From: Candidatus Berkelbacteria bacterium
GTDB lineage: Bacteria > Patescibacteriota > UBA1384 > XYA2-FULL-43-10 > 1-14-0-10-43-13
Direction: 5' to 3'
Length of the DNA: 41,347 nucleotides
Assembly (NCBI GenBank): GCA_026397135.1
Contig: JAPLVL010000020.1
Coordinates: 17,679 to 59,025, forward strand
Shown here one piece after another: positions 34,896-41,347 of the stretch. Numbering within the stretch: the first letter of the stretch is position 1; every line of letters begins with the position of its first letter. The position numbers were made by a program, and so were the translations under genes. The notes under the pieces were generated by a model that worked only from the letters and a program-made list of their open reading frames with translations, searched no databases and was not told the DNA's origin.

Positions 34896-36023
34896 CTATC
34901 CCACCAATATTAAATAAATTTCTTCAATTTTCTTTACGATATTTTTCCAGCTATATGCCTTGGCCTTGGCCAATCCCCGCCTCTTGAGCGAAGCCGCAAA
35001 AGCAGGATGCTCAATAAGTTCGATCACCGCCTTGGCAATTTCTTCTGGGGCTCCACTGGAAACAAGAATTCCTTCTTGTCGATTTTCAATTATATCAGGA
35101 ATCCCCCCGACATTGGAAGCAACGACAGGAACGCCAGCTGCTAGGGCTTCGAGAGCGGCGATTCCAAATGTTTCGGACTTGGATGACAATACAAACACGT
35201 CCCACTTGCGCAAATATTCGACGACATCAGATTTACGACCGAGAAAAGCGACATTTCGACTAATCTTCAATCTTAAGGCAAGTTCTTTTAATTCCTGTTT
35301 CAGATTGCCCTCACCAACAATTTCAAGTCGAGCCAGAGGATATCGTTTCACAATTGTTGCAAAGGCTGTGATCAGATCAGATTGCGACTTCTCCTTATTC
35401 AGAGAACCGACAGTCCCGATTACCGGCGTCAGATTAGTAGTTTTGATCTTTTTTGTCTTGCTTTGGAATTTCGCCAAATCAATTCCATTTGGCACCACGA
35501 CGACGCGATCTTCGGGAAGCAAACTTGTTTGAACCAGAAATGATTTGACTGAGCTGGAGACAGCCAGCACCAAATTATTTCGTTTGTAGCAAAACGACAT
35601 TAGCTTTTTTTGCACAAAATTATTAAACCAGGATTTCAACCGATAATCATAGTTGTAAATATGCTCGGTGTACAATTTGATTGCCAAATTCGGTGCGGAA
35701 ATAGCCACAAATAAATTTGCCCTCGGACCATGACTGTGGATAATCATCGGACCGAAGGGATCGCCCGATGCCTCAATTTGTTCGAGAATTTTCTTCAGAG
35801 AAAAAATTGAGACGAGATCGAACTTTGACTTCATCGGTATATTAAAAACCTGAAGACCAGAGATTTTCTTGGCCTCCTTCGAGAGATATCCCGATGGACA
35901 AATTAGAGAGATTTCAAATTTTGTGAAGTCAAGATTTTGGAGCAAACCCAAAATATGACTTGACCCGCCTCCAACTGCAGCATCAGCCGTCACTTGCACT
36001 AATTTTATTTTCTTTTGGTGCAT
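34896..36023 (-). CDS. Glycosyltransferase family 4 (GT-B)
   Basis: GGG N-terminal loop; DVFVLSSKSETFGIAALEALAAGVPVVASNVGG (EX7E). Confidence 0.93.
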   Translation of the reverse strand: MHQKKIKLVQVTADAAVGGGSSHILGLLQNLDFTKFEISLICPSGYLSKEAKKISGLQVFNIPMKSKFDLVSIFSLKKILEQIEASGDPFGPMIIHSHGPRANLFVAISAPNLAIKLYTEHIYNYDYRLKSWFNNFVQKKLMSFCYKRNNLVLAVSSSVKSFLVQTSLLPEDRVVVVPNGIDLAKFQSKTKKIKTTNLTPVIGTVGSLNKEKSQSDLITAFATIVKRYPLARLEIVGEGNLKQELKELALRLKISRNVAFLGRKSDVVEYLRKWDVFVLSSKSETFGIAALEALAAGVPVVASNVGGIPDIIENRQEGILVSSGAPEEIAKAVIELIEHPAFAASLKRRGLAKAKAYSWKNIVKKIEEIYLILVG

Positions 36024-36087
36024 TATTGTTATTTTAGCAAGAAATTAAAACAATGACAAAAAATAAAAAAGTTGATAAACTTGTAGT

Positions 36088-36837
36088 ATGAGCAAAATAA
36101 AAAATTCTCTTCTGAGTTTGAATAATCTTCGTAAAGCTTTTGGTAATTCCCTCGTTTTCGAGGCGGTCAAATCAGACTTGAAGTTGGAAATTATTCACAA
36201 GTTCGAAGCCAAAAACATTCTCATCCTCTCCCCTCACCCCGACGATGATGTCTTTGGCTGTGGCGGAACTATCGCACTCGCCAAAGAGTCAGGAGCCAAG
36301 ATCACCACCCTTTATCTGACCAATGGTCACAATTATCAGAGAGTCGAGGAGGCCAAGAAAGCGGCATTCAAGATCGGAGTTGACGATGTCTTCTTCTGGA
36401 AATTTGCAAATGGCAAACTCGAGGCAAATGATGAGACGATCGATATGCTGGACGATATTGTAAGAACTACCAAGCCAGACATCATTTTCACACCCAATTT
36501 TAGTGATCCTCACCACGATCACACAGAGACAACTAGGCTCTTGGCCCAATATCTGGCCGACGACGAAATGGCAAAATTTATAGATTGTTCAGTCTGGCAA
36601 TACGAAATTTGGCAACCAGTATATGCCAACCGTCTTGTCGTCATAGATCAAAAGATTGACTTAAAAAAGGAAGCGATTTTACTCCACAAGTCACAGCTCA
36701 AGGATCGACACTATCTAGAAGCTACTCTCGGACTCAATCAATATCGCGCCGGTATGTACGACGCCGACACATTTGCCGAAGGATTCTTCGCCGCAAACAA
36801 AAAACTATTTTTGAAGCAATCTCAAATATTTATTTGA
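36088..36837 (+). CDS. PIG-L/LmbE family deacetylase
   Basis: SPHPDDDVFGCGG, R..EA, DPHHDH, HKSQ, AEGF. Confidence 0.92.
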   Translation: MSKIKNSLLSLNNLRKAFGNSLVFEAVKSDLKLEIIHKFEAKNILILSPHPDDDVFGCGGTIALAKESGAKITTLYLTNGHNYQRVEEAKKAAFKIGVDDVFFWKFANGKLEANDETIDMLDDIVRTTKPDIIFTPNFSDPHHDHTETTRLLAQYLADDEMAKFIDCSVWQYEIWQPVYANRLVVIDQKIDLKKEAILLHKSQLKDRHYLEATLGLNQYRAGMYDADTFAEGFFAANKKLFLKQSQIFI

Positions 36838-36840
36838 TAC

Positions 36841-36867
36841 AAAACACCACTTTACAGGTGGTGTTTT
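36841..36867. terminator. Bidirectional terminator
   Basis: AAAACACCAC-TTTACAG-GTGGTGTTTT between convergent genes. Confidence 0.8.
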
Positions 36868-36887
36868 GGTAGGACTCAATAAATATT

Positions 36888-38291
36888 TTAGTTCAGTTTG
36901 CTAATAGCCTTTTTAACGCGCTTGAGAGACTCATCCTTGCCCAAGGCAACAGCGAGTTCGACGGGCGAGGGCGATTTTTCTGCTCCAGAGAGTGCGACCC
37001 TGACAGGCCAGAAGACATCACCATTTGTCAGTGAGTTTTCGATTACGACATATTCGAGCGCTTTCTGGACATTAAATGTACTCCACTCTTCCTCGGACTC
37101 AAATTTATCTGCAACTGCTCGTAAGGCTAAGAGAGTGCTTTTCTTTTCCGATCGTTTGAAGACGAGCATAGTAGCGGGATAATCAGGTTCCTTTCGCAAT
37201 TCCAAAATATAATCAGCCGCCCCTTTCAAGGTACTAAATCCACCCCGGCCAATCAGATCTAACTCATCGTCGGAAATATCCTTAAGAATATTTTTGATCT
37301 GGCTTCTGACTTCCGACTTCTGATTCCTGACCAACTCAGTAATGTAGTGAGTGTTGATGCTATTCAATTTTTGAATATCGAAGATCGCCGGCGCCTTGTT
37401 TAAATTCTCAATCTTAAATTCTTGTTCCAATTCGGCCAGAGAAAATATTTCTCGATCCGTCTTTGGATTCCAACCCAAAAGAGCGACAAAATTAATCAAT
37501 GCTTCTGGCAAATAACCTTCGCTGCGAAATTGCTCGACAGAAGTTGCGCCATGTCGTTTTGAGAGTTTACTTCTGTCAGGTGCCAAGATCATCGAAAAAT
37601 GACCAAATTGAGGCAATTCCCAGCCAAAAGCCTGATATAGGATGATGTGTTTTGGTGTTGACGATAGCCATTCTTCGGCTCGTAAAACTGAATTGATGCC
37701 CATCTCATGGTCATCGACGACCGATGCCAAATGATAGGTCGGGAAACCATCGGATTTCAATAAAACCTGGTCATCGAGCAAGGACAGATCAAATTCAATG
37801 TCTCCGCGCACAATGTCATGGACGACAATCTTACCGGTCTTGGGCATTTTCAGGCGGACAACGTATTCGCCCTCTTTGACATCATCAATATTTATCCTCG
37901 CTTCACGACAATGACCGGCATATCTTGGAGGTACACCCGCTTTTTCCATCTCTGCCCGATCAGCATCCAGTTTTTCTTTGGAACAAACGCAAATATACGC
38001 CTGCCCCTTTTCTACTAATTCTAGAGCGAACTTTTTGTACATTTCTAATCGTTTTGACTGGAAAACTATCTCGCCTTTATTATCAGGAATTAAGTTTAGC
38101 CAATTCATCGCTTCAATCAAGCGCTGATCTGAACCCTCGACATAGCGAGTACGGTCAGTATCTTCAATCCGCAAGAAAAACTTGCCACCAGTACTACGCG
38201 CTGCCAAATAGGCAAAAAGCGCAGTCCTAGCACTGCCAATATGCAATTCTCCGGTCGGACTCGGAGCAAAACGAGTAATAATTGATTTCAT
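36888..38291 (-). CDS. gltX: Glutamate--tRNA ligase
   Basis: RFAPSPTGELHIG, LRIEDTD, PTYHLASVVDD, KLSKRHG, LLGW. Confidence 0.97.
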   Translation of the reverse strand: MKSIITRFAPSPTGELHIGSARTALFAYLAARSTGGKFFLRIEDTDRTRYVEGSDQRLIEAMNWLNLIPDNKGEIVFQSKRLEMYKKFALELVEKGQAYICVCSKEKLDADRAEMEKAGVPPRYAGHCREARINIDDVKEGEYVVRLKMPKTGKIVVHDIVRGDIEFDLSLLDDQVLLKSDGFPTYHLASVVDDHEMGINSVLRAEEWLSSTPKHIILYQAFGWELPQFGHFSMILAPDRSKLSKRHGATSVEQFRSEGYLPEALINFVALLGWNPKTDREIFSLAELEQEFKIENLNKAPAIFDIQKLNSINTHYITELVRNQKSEVRSQIKNILKDISDDELDLIGRGGFSTLKGAADYILELRKEPDYPATMLVFKRSEKKSTLLALRAVADKFESEEEWSTFNVQKALEYVVIENSLTNGDVFWPVRVALSGAEKSPSPVELAVALGKDESLKRVKKAISKLN

Positions 38292-38370
38292 AAATTAAAA
38301 CTAACACAAATAGATGAGAAAATAAATATTAAATTCGCCCTCACTCCGTTTGGAGTGAGGGCGATACGAT

Positions 38371-38784
38371 TTATTTCTTGGCCAGGTATTGGTCTGCGTC
38401 GGGCTTAATGTCTTTCTTGTTGAAATAGACAAGATCCAGAAGCATTGATTCCTTGTCAAATTCAAAAATATCAATGCAACCGCCTTCGGTGCGGGCTATT
38501 ATTACTAACCCCAACCCTTGTACGGCTTCTTTACGACTGAATATAACTCCACTTATGATTGTGAAATATTCAATCTGCAGCGTCTTCGCCTTGTCTGGCA
38601 GGAAGATGTGCCCGAATACCGGACCGGTTGCCAACCGATACAGCTGACAGAGATCCATGCATGTCACCACAGCAGATGCCGTGCCACTGGCGAAGGCATG
38701 ACCGGAATGGACTGAATTGCTGAGTCCACAGACCAGCTCAACATCAGTCCGAGGCAAAGTGATCGGGATCCGATAAACTGCCAT
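38371..38784 (-). CDS. Hypothetical protein
   Basis: TTGACA-17-TAAAAT (38845-38817), AGGAGG SD, perfect hairpin at 38335-38364. Confidence 0.72.
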   Translation of the reverse strand: MAVYRIPITLPRTDVELVCGLSNSVHSGHAFASGTASAVVTCMDLCQLYRLATGPVFGHIFLPDKAKTLQIEYFTIISGVIFSRKEAVQGLGLVIIARTEGGCIDIFEFDKESMLLDLVYFNKKDIKPDADQYLAKK

Positions 38785-38917
38785 ATTGTCCTCCTTTGGC
38801 AGAGTATTCTATCTGTATTTTAGCATTTTTTACTATTTTTGTCAACGCAGCTCAACTCTTTCAGACTTCTTTGAACTATTTAGGACTGTGCCCTTTTCGC
38901 TTTTAGCATATATTTAA

Positions 38918-39280
38918 CTATCCCTCGACCGCATTCTCAATATGTTCGATCCTTGGGACATGCTGTGAATAATCGACACCAATTACATCAATTCTGATTG
39001 CTCTGCCTGAATATTTTTGCTCAATCGCCCTGGCCAGCAATCTCAATTTGTTTTGCTTGGCAAATCGAACCAAATCTTGAGCCAGGCCAAATCCGCTGCC
39101 TTTCACAGTTTTGACCTCTACTATCACGACAACCTTCTGTTTCTCGGCCAAAATATCAATCTCGCCAAACGGAAAAGATAAATTCCGTCCCAAAATCTTA
39201 TAGCCTTTTTGAAGCAGGTAGCTAGTTGCGTAATCTTCACCAGCATTGCCAGTGACCTTGTTATCTTTTTTGTTATACAT
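38918..39280 (-). CDS. yraN: YraN family (UPF0102) putative endonuclease
   Basis: GNAGEDYA.YL, GEIDILA, VEVKT, RIDVI, HIENA. Confidence 0.9.
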   Translation of the reverse strand: MYNKKDNKVTGNAGEDYATSYLLQKGYKILGRNLSFPFGEIDILAEKQKVVVIVEVKTVKGSGFGLAQDLVRFAKQNKLRLLARAIEQKYSGRAIRIDVIGVDYSQHVPRIEHIENAVEG

Positions 39281-39357
39281 AATAAATTTATAATTTGTTT
39301 TGATCTAGTATTATTATGCGTTATTTGATAACATGCGTCAAAGAGGAGGACACCACA

Positions 39358-39777
39358 ATGCCCGAGATGGATTTTGAGATTTGGCTTATTGACGATACCG
39401 ACTTTATCCTCTCGCTACTTGAGAGGAATATCAAATACAATTTCCCGAGTTGCAGCACACTGACCTTTGAAACTGCTGCAGCTGCTCTCGAAAAATTGCA
39501 CGAGCGGGCGAGAAATGGCCAGAAACGACCTGATTACATAGTTATCGACGGTCAACTCTCCAAAGACGACCAGGAATTAGCAAGAGGAGAAAATGTCGTA
39601 GTCCGAATACGGGCTGACAATGACAATTCGTCAATATTCCTGATTGCCTTCAGCTCCAACCCAAACTCGTGCTTCGCCATGTTGAAAGCTGGCGCCAATT
39701 TACAAGTACACAAGCCCTGTTACGATCAAATCTTTGTCGCAATCGAACGCCAAACAACCAGCGGGAACTCAACATGA
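39358..39777 (+). CDS. Divergent single-domain response regulator receiver
   Basis: WLIDD, IVIDGQL, IAFSS, GA...HKP; GGAGG SD before ATG 39358. Confidence 0.78.
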   Translation: MPEMDFEIWLIDDTDFILSLLERNIKYNFPSCSTLTFETAAAALEKLHERARNGQKRPDYIVIDGQLSKDDQELARGENVVVRIRADNDNSSIFLIAFSSNPNSCFAMLKAGANLQVHKPCYDQIFVAIERQTTSGNST

Positions 39778-39894
39778 GTTCCCGCAATTTTTAGCTACAA
39801 AAAAATGCCCATAAACTTTCGTCTGGACATTTTTTCGTGCTTACCGTCCGTAACTTTATACGAAGGACGGAACTCTATATAAAGCTTGGTAACT

Positions 39895-40407
39895 TTATTC
39901 TTTTTCTTCTTTTTCGACTACTCTGTCCCCCGCAACAGCTTCAACTTTGGCGGCCAATTCAGCCTCCTCAGCAGCTTTGGCGGCGGCATGAGCTTCGGCC
40001 TCGGCAGCTTTTTCTGATTCGATCTTGGCCAATTCTTCCTCAGCACCCTTCTCTTCCCAAATCTTGTTATCACGATTCAGTTCCTTGAGACGAGCATTCT
40101 TACCGGAAAGTTCGCGCATATAATACAGTTTGCTGCGACGAATCTTCGACTGTTTGATTCTCTCAACCTTCACAATGCGTGGACTGTGGAGAGGGAAAAC
40201 GCGTTCTACTCCGATGCCAAATGATTCTTTTCTGACTGTGAATGTACCATCGAGAGTCGAACCATGTTTTGTTGCGATGACAAGGCCCTCAAAAGCCTGA
40301 ATACGCTCCTTGGCACCTTCCTTGACAATAATTGAAACTTTGACAGTGTCCCCTGTCCGAATATCGGGAACATTCTTCTTCAGATATTTTTTTAGTACTT
40401 TTTCCAT
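39895..40407 (-). CDS. rplS: 50S ribosomal protein L19 with an Ala/Glu-rich C-terminal extension
   Basis: GDTVKV, RIQAFEGLVI, GVERVFPLHSP, RRSKLYYMR. Confidence 0.97.
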   Translation of the reverse strand: MEKVLKKYLKKNVPDIRTGDTVKVSIIVKEGAKERIQAFEGLVIATKHGSTLDGTFTVRKESFGIGVERVFPLHSPRIVKVERIKQSKIRRSKLYYMRELSGKNARLKELNRDNKIWEEKGAEEELAKIESEKAAEAEAHAAAKAAEEAELAAKVEAVAGDRVVEKEEKE

Positions 40408-40745
40408 TATTTACCTGCCTTTTTTACCTCGAGCACAGTCGAGGAGTCAGCCTCGGTTGTCTCAACCTTAGACGAATCAACATGAACAAAAGTTCTTTTG
40501 TCCTTGTTGCCGTTGAAAGCAATAACGCGCTTCTCTTGAAATCTAACGATACCGTCGATCAATGAATAAATCGTAAAATCGTCACCCATACCGACATTTT
40601 TGCCTGGGTGAAATCTGGTACCATGTTGGCGAATGATAATTCCACCAGCAGTAACAGCCTGAGCGCCAAAAACTTTGACTCCAAGACGCTTGGAGACTGA
40701 GTCTCGGCCAAGCCTAGTACTACCGGCAGCCTTCTTATGTGCCAT
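40407..40745 (-). CDS. rpmA: 50S ribosomal protein L27
   Basis: [33 protein letters not shown]. Confidence 0.97.
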   Translation of the reverse strand: MAHKKAAGSTRLGRDSVSKRLGVKVFGAQAVTAGGIIIRQHGTRFHPGKNVGMGDDFTIYSLIDGIVRFQEKRVIAFNGNKDKRTFVHVDSSKVETTEADSSTVLEVKKAGK

Positions 40746-40841
40746 TGTGAACTCCTCTTTTAATTAAACAAAACCATATCGGACATCAATTTCGTCTTAT
40801 TTGTCCCGAGCGAGAGCCGAGGGACCTTCTGAACGAAGTGA

Positions 40842-41345
40842 TTAATATTCCGCGATGGTTAGCAGGGCGATTTCTCGCTTCACTACTTGATAGTCCCGAC
40901 CATATATTAGCGGTGACTGAGGGATAGTATAACCAATTTTTTTGATTTCGTCAACACACTCACGATAAAGAGAAAAACGCTTGCCATCGGCGGTTTCAAT
41001 CAGAGGGAAAACAATCGCAAGTGAGCAAGTTGGCAAGTGAGCAAGTTGCAAGTTCCGAAAGAAATTAAGATACAATTCCTTGATTTTAACGTATTCGCCC
41101 TGAGCCGCTTTGAGACTGGGTTTGAATTTCTTCGGCTCTCCCAGGTACGGCTCGGTTACAACAATTGTTGATTGTTGGCAGTTGGCAGAAAGTAATAATT
41201 TTTTGAAATCGATAGAGGTTGCATCAGCCTGAAAAATATTTATCACTGAATTCTGACTCCTAAATCCTGTATTCTGGCTTAGCCAATCAACATTTTCTTG
41301 ACTGTCTTTGACTGCTCTTTCCGAATTATCACTGGCAAAGACATC
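40842..41345 (-). CDS. C-terminal part of a class I SAM-dependent (TRM11/RNA) methyltransferase; runs off the window edge
   Basis: Frame is open to the window end: DVFASDNSERAV...QADAT...VVTEPYLG...YGRDYQVVKREI. Confidence 0.7.
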   Translation of the reverse strand, partial: DVFASDNSERAVKDSQENVDWLSQNTGFRSQNSVINIFQADATSIDFKKLLLSANCQQSTIVVTEPYLGEPKKFKPSLKAAQGEYVKIKELYLNFFRNLQLAHLPTCSLAIVFPLIETADGKRFSLYRECVDEIKKIGYTIPQSPLIYGRDYQVVKREIALLTIAEY

Positions 41346-41347
41346 AA

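Noticed and set aside
40803-40826. GTCCCGAGCGAGAGCCGAGGGAC hairpin as a ribosomal-protein leader
   Set aside because: Single copy in the window; looks like another short palindromic repeat; not enough evidence for a regulatory RNA

Overview
Chromosomal segment of a reduced-genome bacterium, most likely Patescibacteria/CPR. This is inferred from the gene set (CPR-style TrmB, PilX, single-domain receivers, DUF5663-like protein) and not from a marker search. A minus-strand housekeeping backbone (rsmI, rsmA, RpfB/YabE-like, uvrD/pcrA, rlmN, dnaB, dnaX, gltX, yraN, rplS, rpmA) and two tRNAs (Glu-CTC, Gln-CTG) are interspersed with self-contained accessory genes. No transposase, integrase, rRNA or CRISPR array is visible. 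The most notable observations are: (1) an HU/IHF histone-like domain fused to a PilB/GspE-type ATPase with degenerate catalytic motifs, next to a PilX-like pilin; (2) a HypC-like [NiFe]-hydrogenase chaperone domain fused to a HydE-like radical SAM enzyme; (3) a ~630-nt ORF-free, highly structured unit with consensus promoter and terminator (15499-16135, minus), plus two or three smaller candidate ncRNAs at 7670-8950; (4) GTCAT...ATGAC palindromic elements and heptamer tandem repeats inserted in frame into several housekeeping proteins; (5) a dnaX whose probable C-terminus lies in the -1 frame. All family calls come from motif recognition by eye; no database search was run.
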